Assembly: GCF_964213995.1 (NCBI RefSeq)
Contig: NC_135808.1
Coordinates: 50,158,001 to 50,222,000 of the forward strand
Origin: Mustelus asterias
Lineage: Eukaryota
DNA: 64,000 bases
Reading direction: 5' to 3'
In this document: positions 38,801-51,600 of the stretch, piece by piece
Layout of the letters: each line of letters starts with the position of its first letter
Position numbering within the stretch: position 1 is the stretch's first letter
Notes under the pieces: model-generated
What the model was told of the DNA's origin: nothing
Database searches by the model: none
Seen by the model: only the letters and a program-made list of their open reading frames with translations
Program-made: the position numbers and the translations under genes

Positions 38801-39619
38801 CTTGTGGTCAGTTGTTGGGAAAAATTATTTTTCCAGACCCTTCAATTGTCTCAAACACAGATTCCTTCTCATTTCTTGTTTTTTATTCCTTCTGGCCACG
38901 ATTCTCTTCAAGTCAGTTTCTCTATTGCCTCGATCGTTTAAAAAACTGTTTTCTTACTCTTTCGGCCATATTAACCATTTCATGTCAAAGGCGGTGTGAG
39001 GGGGGGGAGGTCTCTCACTCTGGACCTTTGCTTATCTCCCCCTGTCTGGTTCCAATGTCACAGCTGATGGCCAGATTATTAAATTCAGGTCTCTTCAGTA
39101 GTTTGTATGTTGTGTCCTTTTTCCCGCACTCCATCTCTGACCCTGAATCATTTGCTCAGAACCTTTTACACAGACAATAGTTAGCAACTGATCTGGTTCA
39201 GTTTGTCTGGAGGGACTTTCCAGTCCAATAAAGTGTTTTCATGTAAGGAGCGGTGAGAGTTCCTTTCAGAGTCTCACTGAGGTTCAGAACCGGACTCTGG
39301 CCGTAACAGGAATGAGCGACTGGAACAAGTATTGTGTTAAAACAACCATTTTATTGAATAATGATAAAAAGAATATATAAGAAAGATAATGTGTATGAAA
39401 AGGAAGAAAGATAACTTTATTGAAAGGAGAAAGCACTCTGTATATATCTGAAGAATAGAAGACAGTCGGATGTTTGTTTAAACACAAACGATAACCCCAA
39501 TTTGCTCTGTTCCATGACAGCTCCCCCAGAATTGGTACACGTTACCCTCCCCTGGGTACACACATGCCCAAGTTGCTGAGTAACCTCAATGGGTGAACAC
39601 TACAGTCAGTCACTTAAGG

Positions 39620-39920
39620 GGCGATACGGTGGCACAGTGATTAGCACTGATGCCTCACAGGGCCAGGGAACCGGGTTCGATTCTCATCTTGGGTCACAGT
39701 CTGTGCTGAGTCTGCATGTTCTCCCCGTGTCTGTGTGGGTTTCCTCCGGGTGCTCCGGTTTCCTCCCACTGTCTGCAAGACGTGCTGGTTAGGAGTATTG
39801 GCCATGCTAAATTCTCCCTCAGTGTACCCAAACAGGCATCAGAGTGTGGCAACGAGGTGATTTTCACAGTAACTTCATTGCAGCGTTAATGTAAGACTAA
39901 TTGTTGCATTAATAGATAAA
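39620..39920 (+). mobile_element. V-SINE
   Basis: A/B boxes, V-domain. Confidence 0.8.
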
Positions 39921-40289
39921 ATTTTGTTTAAACGTTTCTGTTTCTAACCCTTCCTCCTGTTGTCCCTGGGTGACTATTCCACCTTGGCTGCAGCACTCAG
40001 TCTCTGAAACAATGTCTCTTTAACCTGGATTTCTGGCTCCATTCCAGTCTTGTGAAGACTGTGACACTGTCTGTCCCAAAACAAATCTCAGTTCTTCCCA
40101 CAGGGACCTCAATGTGAAGCAGACTTTGTAATATTCAGCTTGTTGATGGAGCTCTTGATGATGTCTTCACATCTGTCATCAATCAGCTGTTATGTCCATC
40201 AATTAAACGTCATCTTCTGATGCTTCAGGTGAGCACTCCAGATAAGATTCCTCAGCGACTTGGTCTGTAGACCAAGGCTCACAGAATGC

Positions 40290-40407
40290 ATCAGGTGATG
40301 AAGGAGCAGCGCTCCAAAAGCTCGTGCTACCAAATAAACCTGTTGGACATTAATCTGGTGTTGTGAGACTACTTACTGTGCCTACCCCAGTCCAACACCG
40401 GCAACAC
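40290..40407 (+). mobile_element. Penelope-like terminal fragment with disrupted hammerhead-like motif
   Basis: TSD CACAGAATGC; TGATGA-A-GGAGCagcGCTCC-AAAAGC; sequence shared with the 33605 element. Confidence 0.6.
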
Positions 40408-40789
40408 CACAGAATGCGGTAGAACAGTACCTGTAATAAACAAGAAACAACTTATTTTAATATTCTAGCTTGAGAAAGTGGAGAAACAAAAGATTGAGTC
40501 TGAACAGCAGTTGTGTGGCCAGTCCAGAGAGAAAACACGATCTGGAAAAACAGCTCACCCCTGATTCTTCTTCTGAATGAATCAGAGCACAATCACAGCT
40601 GGGTTAAGATCAGTGTGGATCAGGTGAGAAAATACAAACTGAGTTCAAATATTAAAACTCAAAGCAGAGCAGAAATAAAATGTAAAATACAAAATTGTAA
40701 AAGTTAGTGGCAGCAGCAGGCCTCAGGCCGAGACTCAGAATATTTTTGAATTAGAAATCAGGCCTATTTGACTTTTTTTCATTCATTCA

Positions 40790-41620
40790 TGGGACATGGC
40801 ATTGCTGGCTGGCCAGCAGTTATTGCCCATCCCTAGTTGCCCTTGAGAAGGTGGTGCTGAGCTGCTTTCTTGAATCACTGCAGCCCACGGGCTGTGGGTT
40901 GACCCACAATGCCACTAGGGAGGGAATTCCAGGATTTTAACCCAGCAACTGTGAAGGAACGGTGATATATTTCCAAGTCAGGTCAGTGAGTGCCTTGGAG
41001 ATTAACTTGCAGGTGGCGGTGTTCCCATGTATCTGCTGCCCTTGTCCTTCTAGATGGAAGTGGTCGTGGGCTTGGAAGGTGCTGTCTAAGGATTTTTGGT
41101 GAATTACTGCAGTGCATCTTGTAGATAGTACACACTGCTGCTACCGAGTGTCGGTGCTGAAGGGATTGAATGTTTGTAGATGTGGTGCCAATCAAGTGGG
41201 CTGCTTTGTCCGGGATTGTCAAGCTTCTTGATTGTTGTTGGAGCTGCACCCACCCAGGCAAGTGGGGAGTGTTCCATCACACTCCTGACTTGTAGATGGT
41301 GAATAGGCTTTGGGGAGTCAGGAGATGAGTTACTCACCGCAGTATTCCTTGCCTCTGACCTTCTCCTGCAGCCACTGTGTTTCTGTGGTGAGTCCAGTTG
41401 AGTTTCTGGTCAATGGTGACCCCAAGGATGTTGACAGTGGGGGATTCAGTGATGGTAACACCATTGAATGTCAAAGGGCATTAGAGTGTCTCTTATTGGT
41501 GATGGTCATTGCCTGGCATTTGTGTGGCGTGAATGTTACTTGCCACTTGTCAGCCCTTATGATGGAGGGAAGTTCATTGATGAAGCAGCTGAAGATTGTT
41601 GGGCCGAGGACACGACTCTG
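40790..41620 (-). mobile_element. 3' part of CR1-clade LINE (same family as 23505..28600)
   Basis: QVRSVMEHSPLAW, AVCTIYKMH, LGPTIFSCFIN. Confidence 0.75.
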
Positions 41621-44600
41621 AGGAAGTCCAGACATTAACATGTTTTGTGTCTTTATCACCTTCCCCTCTGTTAAGAATTGGGGAAAATGAAAATAAACAA
41701 ATGACATTGGGAAAAAAGAAAATGAAACAGGGAGATGTCTGAAGAGATGTTGAGATGTGAATTGGCATCTCAGTGAGAAAAGCAAGTGTTTACTGAGGTA
41801 ACTGAGGAAAGCAATGGGGTTTAGAAAAGATAACTTCAAAGTGGAGGGATAAGGAAATCGACACGGAAATGCCCAAAGCCGATTCCACAGGGTGGGTAAC
41901 ATCAAAGGGAAAGAATGATATATCCATAGCAAAGTGACTGGGGGAAAGGGGAGACAGACACAGACACAGCTAACATCAGCACACACTCAGCTGCAGAAAC
42001 AGTCTCCTGAAAAGAAGCAGCAGGTTTCACCTTCACTGAAACTGAAGACAGTTTTCCCGAACGCTGACACATAACCTGTGTGTGGTAATTATTCACTGGA
42101 TTTAGCTCACAGAGTTACATAATATTGGATTTTTTTTGGAACAAAGGGACATCTCAGTGTTCAGGAAACGTAGGTGATTGAAAACAAAGGGGTAGCTTCA
42201 TGTAATTCCCGGGGGAAGAGTCTGGTCTTTGTGGTGTGGAGGATTTGGGGGAGATCAGATTGGGTCAAAGATGAGGCCAATGTTGTAGAGAGTCTGGTTG
42301 AGCAGCAGACAGTGCTCAGGGGGAGGGATGGAGTTTGTATCGGGAGCTGAAGACCAATGGCTTTGATCTTCCCAATGTGTTTCCCAGTGAGCCTGGCTCC
42401 TCAGTCCTGACTGCTCTGAGCTGCTGTTCTTTTCACTGATTGGACAGTTATTGTTAGAGATTCAGACCACAGCACAAATCCCCAGTGTCAAAAATAACTG
42501 CAAAGACTGTCAGATCGGAAGATTGAAACGTAACCAACAGAGGAAGTGAAAGAAGGAGCTCAGAGCAGCTGGATGTTTGTTACTGAGACGGGAGAAAATG
42601 GTGAACCGTGTCCACTACCTCCAATCTTCCAGCACAGAAGGCACAGTGGGATACAGTCAGGAGGGAGTTATCCTGGGAATCCTCAACAACATTCCAGACT
42701 CCATGTAGTCTCTCGGTACCATGTCAAACACGGACAAGGAAACCTCCTCTGGTTACCACATACCATCCCCCCCTCAGCTGATGAATCAGTTCTCCTCCAT
42801 GTTGAACAGCACTTGGATGAAGCACTGAGGGTGGCAAGGACACTCTGGGTGGGGATTTCAATGTCCAAATGTTACTCGGTAGCACCACCACACACCGAGC
42901 TGGCCGGGTCCTAAAGGACATAGCTGCTAGACTGGGACTGCGGCAGGTGGTGAGGGAACCAACAAGAGGGAGAAACATACTCGACCTCATCCTCACCAAC
43001 CTGCCTGCCGCAGATGCATCTGTCCATGACAGTATCGGTAGGAGTGACCACCGCACAGTCCTTGTGGAGATAAAATCCCATCTTCACATTGAGGATACCC
43101 TCCATCGTGTTGTGTGGCACTGCCACCGTGCTAAATGGGATCGATTTCAAACTGATCGAGCAACTCAAAACTGGCATCCATGAGGCACTGTGGGCCATCA
43201 GCAGCAGCAGAATTGTACTCAACCACAATCTGTAACCTCATGGCCCGGCATATCCCCCACTCTACCATTACCACCCAGCCTGGGGATCAACCCTGGTTCA
43301 ATGAAGAGCGCAGGAGGACATGGCAGGAGCAACAGCAAATAAACTGAAAAATGAGGTGTTAACCTGGTGAAGCTACAACACAGGACTGTGTGTCAAACAG
43401 CAGAAGCAGCAAGTGACAGACAGAGCTAAACCATCCCACAAACAATGGATCAGATCTAAGCTCTGCAGTCCTGCCACATCCAGCCGTGAATGGTGGTGGA
43501 CAATTAAACAACTCACTGGAGGAGGAGGCAACACAAATATCCCCATCCTCAATGAGGGAGGAGGCAATCACATCAGTGCAAAATATATGGCTGATACATT
43601 TACAACTGGATACTGGAACGTATCTGCGTCCTGACAATAATCCAGCAATAGTCCTGAAGACTTGTGATCCAGAACTTGCCACGCCCCTCGCCAAGTTGTT
43701 CCAGTACAGCTACAACACTGGCATTTATCCGGCAATGTGGACAATTGCCCAGATATGTCCTGTGTACCAAAAAACAGGACAAATCTATTCTGGCCTCTTA
43801 CCGCCCCATCAATCTACTCTCAATCATCAGTGAAGTGATTTAATTTGTTGACAGTGCTATCGAGCCGCACTTACTCAGCAATAACCTGCTCACTCAGTTT
43901 GGGTTCTGCCAAACTGGGTCACTCAGCTCATTACACCCTTGGTTCAAACATGGACAAAAGAGCTGAATTCCAGAGGCAAGGTGAGAGCGACAGTCCTTGA
44001 CATCAAAGCTGCATTTGAGCGAGTGTGGCTAGTTGGAGTCATCCCCAGCACAAAGGAAGATGGTTGTGGTTATAGGATTTCAATCAGAGATTGCCGTGGG
44101 ACATCACTGCAGGAGTTCCTCCTAAGCCCAATCATCTTCAGCTGCTTCGTCAATGACCTTCCCTCCATCATAAGGTCAGAAGTGGGAATGTTCACCAATG
44201 ATTGCACAATGTTCAGCACCCCTCACCATTCACATCTTCTCCAGTACTGAAGAGGTCTATGTCCAAATGCAGCAAGACTTGGACAATATCCAGGTTTGGG
44301 CTGACAACTGGCAAGTAACAATAAGACCACGGAAGTGCCAAGCAATGACCATCTCCAACTAGAGAGAATTTTAACATCTCCCCTTGACATTCAATGGTAT
44401 TACCTCACTAAATCTCCCACTTTAAACATTTTGTGGTTACGATTGACTAGAAACTTAACTGGGCTAGCCATATAAATACTGTGATACAACAATAGGTCAG
44501 TGGTTAGGAATACTGTGAAGAGTAACTCACCTCCTGACTTCCCAGAGCCTGTCCACCATCTACAATGCACAAGTCAGTTATGTGATGGAATACTCTCCAC

Positions 44601-44700
44601 TTGCCTGGAACTCTCCAAGAACTCTCAAGAAGCTTGACATCATCCAGAACAAAGGAGCTCTGCTTGATTGGCACCCCTTCCACAAACATTCCACCACCTT

Positions 44701-45372
44701 AGAAAATCATAGAAACCCTATGGGGCGGCACGGTAGCACAGTGGTTAGCACTGCTGCTTCACAGCTCCAGGGTCCCGGGTTCGATTCCCGGCTCGGGTCA
44801 CTGTCTGTGTGGAGTTTGCACATTCTCCTCGTGTCTGCGTGGGTTTCCTCCGGGTGCTCCGGTTTCCTCCCACAATCCAAAGATGTGCAGGTTAGGTTGA
44901 TTGGCCAGGTTAAAAATTGCCCCTTAGAGTCCTGGGATGTGTAGATTAGCGGGTAAATATGTGGGGGTAGAGCCTGGGTGGGATTGTGGTCGGTGCAGAC
45001 TCGATGGGCCGAATGGCCTCCTTCTGCACTGTAGGGTTTCTATGATGATTCTACAGTACAGAAAGAGGCCATTCGGCCCATCAAGTCTGCACCGACCACA
45101 ATCCCACCCAGGCCATACCCCTATATCCCTACATATTTTACCCACTAATCCCTCTAACCTACGCATCTCAGGACCCTAAGGGGCAATTTTTAGCATGGCC
45201 AATCAACCTAACCTGCACATCTTTGGACTGTGGGAGGAAACCGGAGCACCTGGAGGAAACCCACGCAGACACGAGGAGAATGTGCAAACTCCACACAGAC
45301 AGTGACCCAAGCCGGGAATCGAACCCAGGTCCCTGGAGCTGTGAAGCAGCAATGCTAACCACTGTGCTACCG
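44701..45372. mobile_element. Tail-to-tail inverted pair of V-SINEs
   Basis: Plus copy ~44721..45050 and minus copy ~45054..45372, near-complementary. Confidence 0.9.
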
Positions 45373-46514
45373 CGCTACCCCTTCAAACATTGGCAGCCGT
45401 GTGTACCATCTACAAGATGCCCTGCATGAATTCACCAAGTTTCCTGAGGCAGCACCTTCTAAACCACTGACCAGTTCATCTGGAAAGGCAAAAGCAGCAG
45501 ATCCCTGGGAACACCACCACCTGGAGATTCCCCTCCAAGTCACTCAACATCCTGATTTGGAAATATATCACCGTTCCTTCGCTGTTGCTGGGTAAAAATC
45601 CAGCTAACCAGCATTTCTTTGGGCTGTGGAAGGAAACCGGAGCACCCGGAGGAAACCCATGCAAATACGGGGAGAAACGTGCAAACTCCACCCAGACAGT
45701 GACCCAAGCCGGAAATCGAACACAGGTCCCTGGCGCTGTGAGGCAGCAGTGCTAACCTCTCTAACAGCACTGAGGGTGTACCTACACCACATGGTCTACA
45801 GCGGTTCAAGAAGGCAGCTCACCACCACTTCCTCAAGGACAATTAAGAAATGGTAATAAATGCTGGCATCGCCAGTGACACGCACACCCCATAAACGAAT
45901 AAACTTTTAAAAATTCCCACATTACTCGATGCCCCATTGTGTGTGTTGAAGTCTGGATCCTGTCAGCAGGATATTTGACTGCAGGAACCTTCACCACTGG
46001 GTCCAATTCCGGCCCCACCTGAAATTCACACAGAATCTGAATTTATATAGCACCTTATTGTACAACACAGCCCAAGATTTTTCTTAGAGCAGCAGTAAGA
46101 GGAATGGGGGAGGGGCTGGGGGAACTTTAGGAAGAGAGATCAAGGCTTGAGTGAAAGAATGGAGTTTGATGGGGAGAGAGACATGGAAAGGGGGAGGGAT
46201 TAAGGGTGGGAGGTCAGAGAGCAGGGCCTGGGCGTCTGAAGGCTCTGCTGTCAGTGGTGGGATGAAGGAAGCAGCGATGGGCCGGGGAGCAGAGCCAGCA
46301 GATGGAAAGTGAAGGAGGGAATGTGAGTTTGCAGCAGGACGCAGAGGTAGGGAGGAGTGAGGTCATGGAGGGAATTGCAGGGCAGTGAGGTCAAGGGTGA
46401 CAGGTCAATGAGGTCAGGAGGATTGTTGGAACGACACTTGGTGTGACACCAATGTTTACTGGTCCCTATTGGAGGGTCTTTATTTATTTATTTTATAGAT
46501 TAAAGTTTAGTGTT

Positions 46515-46810
46515 GGGCAGCACAATGGCACAGTGGTTAGCACTGCTGCCTCACAGCGCCAGAGACCCGAGTTCGACTCCTGGCTTGGGTCACTGTCTGT
46601 GCAGAATCTGCACGCTCTCCCTGTGTCTGCATGGGTTTCTTCCGGGTGCTCTGGTTTCTTCCCATAGCCCAAAGAAATGCTGGTTAGCTGGATTGGCCAT
46701 GCTAAATTCTACCTCTGTGTACCCAAACAGGTGCTGCAGTGTGGTGACGAGGGGATTTTCACAGTAACTTCATTGCAGTGTTAATGCAAGCCTACTTGTA
46801 ACTAATAAAG
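46515..46810 (+). mobile_element. V-SINE
   Basis: A/B boxes, V-domain. Confidence 0.8.
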
Positions 46811-47962
46811 AAACAAACTTTAAAAACATCAAATGTTACAGCACAAGATACAAGCTCATGATGTGTGGGTAACATATTAGTACTGATAGAGGATTGGTTA
46901 GCTAACATAAACCAGAGAGAGGAGATAAATGATTGTTTTGGGGTTGGGAAGCTGTAATTAGTGGAATTCTGGAACAATCAGTGCTGGGACCACAACTATT
47001 CACAATCCATATCAATGACTTGGATGAAGGGAGTGAATGGAGCTGATGTCCCAATGACACTAAGATAGGTGGGAAAGTAAGTTATCAAGAGGAGATAGAG
47101 AGTCTGCAAAGGGATAGGGACAGGGGAAGTGAATGGCTAAACATCTGGAGTATATCCTGGGTAAATGTGAAGGTGTCCACTTTGGCAGGAAGAATAGAAC
47201 AGCAGTAAACTATTGAAATGGAGAGAGATTGCACAACTCGGTGCTACAGAGGGATCTGGCTGTCCTGGGACATGAATCACAACAAGTTAGTCTGCAGCTA
47301 CAGCAAGTGATTAGGAAGACAAATGGAATGTTGGTGTTTCTTACAAGGAGAATGGAATATAAAAATAGGGAAGTTTTACTGCAGCTGTACAGGGTCTCGG
47401 TGAGACCACATCTGGAATACTGTGTACAGTTTTGGTCTCCTTATTTGGAAAAGGATATCATTGTGTTAGAAGCAGTTCAGAGAAGATTCACTCGACACAT
47501 TCCTGGGGTGAAGGGTTACCTTCTGAAGAAAAGTTGGACAGGCTGGGCCTGAACCCATTGGAGTTTAGAAGAATGAGAGGTGATCTTATTGAAACATATC
47601 AGATTGTGAGGGGACTGACAGAGTGGATACCAGGAGGATGGTGCCTCAGACAGAGTGACAAGAGGGAGAGAAAGTGAGAGAGAAACAGAGACAGAAAGAG
47701 AGGGAGAGAGAGAGAGAGAGCAGACATGGAGCATGGAAAAGAGAGAAAGACAGGGAGACAGACAGAGGGAGAGAGTGAGGGGCAAACATTGAGGGATAGA
47801 TATGGAGAGAACGAGCAGACTGAGACTGAGGGACAAATATCGAGAGACAGAGAGACATAGTGACTGAGAGAGACAGAAACTGAGTCAGTGAGAGGGCAGA
47901 GACTGAGGGGCAGATATCAAGAGAGTGAGGGAGACAGAGACTGAGAGAGGGAGAGAGAAGAA

Positions 47963-48058
47963 GAGGAAGTGAAAGGTGCTGACGTGGTTTCTCTGGGTCA
48001 GACCATTTACAAACTGAGGAACAGGCAGTGAGACTCTGACAGGCTGCAGCTTTATAAA
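47963..48058 (+). promoter_or_regulatory. V promoter, cluster 2: EICE, TGACGT, TATA
   Basis: GAGGAAGTGAAA 47963..47974, TGACGT 47980..47985, TTTATAAA 48051..48058. Confidence 0.7.
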
Positions 48059-48118
48059 GCAGAGCCCAGTGAAGGGAGAGTTTATCAGTAACCAGGCACA
48101 GGGACACGACCACACACC

Positions 48119-48167
48119 ATGATTTCAGCCATCCAGCTGCTCTGGCCTCTGGCATTCTGCATCGCAG
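48119..48167 (+). CDS. IGKV: Ig kappa leader exon, cluster 2 (MISAIQLLWPLAFCIA)
   Basis: ACCATG start; G|GTACAA donor. Confidence 0.92.
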
Positions 48168-48353
48168 GTACAAATCTCTCTCCTTCCACCTTGAATATTT
48201 TCCTGCTCTCCATTTCAATCCAATTCTCCTGACTTGTGATTGAAGGGAAAATGCTGAAAGGAGAGGAACAGTCAGTGTCTCCAACAATATCTCATTGTAC
48301 AGCGTCTTTCTGTGACAGTTCTTACTTCACTCTGTTTCTCTATTACCCCTCAG

Positions 48354-48651
48354 GTATCAGTGGAGACATCATCATGACCCAGTCTCCCCCGGTGCTGTCA
48401 GTGAGCCTGGGCCAGACCGCCACCATCACCTGTACAGCCAGTCAAGGCATTAGCAATGATTGTGACTGGTTTCAACAGCGAGAAGGACAGAAACCGGCTC
48501 TGCTGATCTATGATGCATCAAATCGATTCACAGGAATATCCAACCGATTCAGTGGGAGTCAATCTGGGACAAGATTCACCCTGACAATCAGCAATGTACA
48601 GAATGAGGATGTCGCTGATTATTATTGCATCCAACGTAATAGCTACCCCTA
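48354..48651 (+). CDS. IGKV: Ig kappa V exon, cluster 2
   Basis: DIIMTQSP...[18 protein letters not shown]...[14 protein letters not shown]; CAG acceptor, open frame. Confidence 0.96.
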
Positions 48652-48679
48652 CACAGTGATACAGAGCCTTACAAAAACC
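48652..48679 (+). promoter_or_regulatory. V 12-RSS, cluster 2 (perfect consensus)
   Basis: CACAGTG-ATACAGAGCCTT-ACAAAAACC. Confidence 0.97.
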
Positions 48680-48684
48680 CCAAC

Positions 48685-51600
48685 ACACACAGCACCACCT
48701 CCTGTACTGACACATCGCACAGTTTTATATAATATATAATAATGGACACACAATCCCACCTCCTGTACTGACACATCCCACAGTTTTATATAATATATAA
48801 TAATGGACACACAGTCCCACCTCCTGTACTGACACATCTCACAGTTTTATATAATATATAATAATGGACACACAGCACCACTTCCTGTACTGACACATCC
48901 CACAGTTTTATATAATATATAATAATGGACACACAGTCCCACCTCCTGTACTGACAGATCCCACAGTTTTATATAATATATAATAATGGACACACAGTCC
49001 CACCTCCTGTACTGACACATCCCACAGTTTTATATAATATATAATAATGGACACACAGCACCACCTCCTGTACTGACACATCCCACAGTTTTATATAATA
49101 TATAATAATGGACACACAGTCCCACCTCCTGTACTGACACATCCCACAGTTTTATATAATATATAATAATGGACACACAGTCCCACCTCCTGTACTGACA
49201 CATTCCACAGTTTTATATAATATATAATAATGGACACACAGTCCCACCTCCTGTACTGACACATCCCACAGTTTTATATAATATATAATAATGGACACAC
49301 AGTCCCACCTCCTGTACTGACACATCCCACAGTTTTATATAATATATAATAATGGACACACAGTCCCACCTCCTGTACTGACACATCCCACAGTTTTATA
49401 TAATATATAATAATGGACACACAGTCCCACCTCCTGTACTGACACATCCCACAGTTTTATATAATATATAATAATGGACACACAGTCCCACCTCCTGTAC
49501 TGACACATCCCACAGTTTTATATAATATATAATAATGGACACACAGTCCCACCTCCTGTACTGACACATCCCACAGTTTTATATAATATATAATAATGGA
49601 CACACAGTCCCACCTCCTGGACTGACACATCCCACTGTTTTATATAACATATAATCATGGACACACAGCACCACCTCCTGTACTGACACATCCCACAGTT
49701 TTATATAATATATAATAATGGACACACAGTCCCACCTCCTGTACTGACACATCCCACATTTTTATATAATATATAATAATGGACACACAGTCCCACCTCC
49801 TGTACTGACACATCCCACAGTTTTATATAATATATAATAATGGACACACAGCCCCACCTCCTGTACTGACACATTCCACAGTTTTATATCATATATAATA
49901 ATGGACACACAGTCCCACCTCCTGTACTGACACATCCCACAGTTTTATATAATATATAATAATGGACACACAGTCCCACCTCCTGTACTGACACATCCCA
50001 CAGTTTTATATAATATATAATAATGGACACACAGTCCCACCTCCTGTACTGACACATCCCACAGTTTTATATAATATATAATAATGGACACACAGTCCCA
50101 CCTCCTGTACTGACACATCCCACAGTTTTATATAATATATAATAATGGACACACAGTCCCACCTCCTGTACTGACACATCCCACAGTTTTATATAATATA
50201 TAATAATGGACACACAGTCCCACCTCCTGTACTGACACATCCCACAGTTTTATATAATATATAATAATGGACACACAGTCCCACCTCCTGTACTGACACA
50301 TCCCACAGTTTTATATAATATATAATAATGGACACACAGCACCACCTCCTGTACTGACACATCCCACAGTTTTATATAACATATAATCATGGACACACAG
50401 TCCCACCTCCTGTACTGACACATCCCACAGTTTTATATAATATATAATAATGGACACACAGTCCCACCTCCTGTACTGACACATCCCACAGTTTTATATA
50501 ATATATAATAATGAACACACAGTCCCACCTCCTGTACTGACACATCCCACAGTTTTATATAATATATAATAATGGACACACAGCACCTCCTCCTGTACTG
50601 ACACATCCCACAGTTTTATATAATATATAATAATGGACACACAGTCCCACCTCCTGTACTGACACATCCCACAGTTTTATATAATATATAATAATGAACA
50701 CACAGTCCCACCTCCTGTACTGACACATCCCACAGTTTTATATAATATATAATAATGGACACACAGTCCCACCTCCTGTACTGACACATCCCACAGTTTT
50801 ATATAATATATAATAATGGACACACAGCCCCACCTCCTGTACTGACACATTCCACAGTTTTATATCATATATAATAATGGACACACAGTCCCACCTCCTG
50901 TACTGACACATCCCACAGTTTTATATAATATATAATAATGGACACACAGTCCCACCTCCTGTACTGACACATCCCACAGTTTTATATAATATATAATAAT
51001 GGACACACAGTCCCACCTCCTGTACTGACACATCCCACAGTTTTATATAATATATAATAATGGACACACAGTCCCACCTCCTGTACTGACACATCCCACA
51101 GTTTTATATAATATATAATAATGGACACACAGTCCCACCTCCTGTACTGACACATCCCACAGTTTTATATAATATATAATAATGGACACACAGTCCCACC
51201 TCCTGTACTGACACATCCCACAGTTTTATATAATATATAATAATGGACACACAGTCCCACCTCCTGTACTGACACATCCCACAGTTTTATATAATATATA
51301 ATAATGGACACACAGCACCACCTCCTGTACTGACACATCCCACAGTTTTATATAACATATAATCATGGACACACAGTCCCACCTCCTGTACTGACACATC
51401 CCACAGTTTTATATAATATATAATAATGGACACACAGCACCACCTCCTGTACTGACACATCCCACAGTTTTATATAATATATAATAATGGACACACAGTC
51501 CCACCTCCTGTACTGACACATCCCACAGTTTTATATAATATATAATAATGGACACACAGCACCTCCTCCTGTACTGACACATCCCACAGTTTTATATAAT

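Noticed and set aside
45659-45666. Perfect octamer ATGCAAAT (also 8543..8550)
   Set aside because: Inside a SINE or MITE, far from the promoters and not shared between arms.
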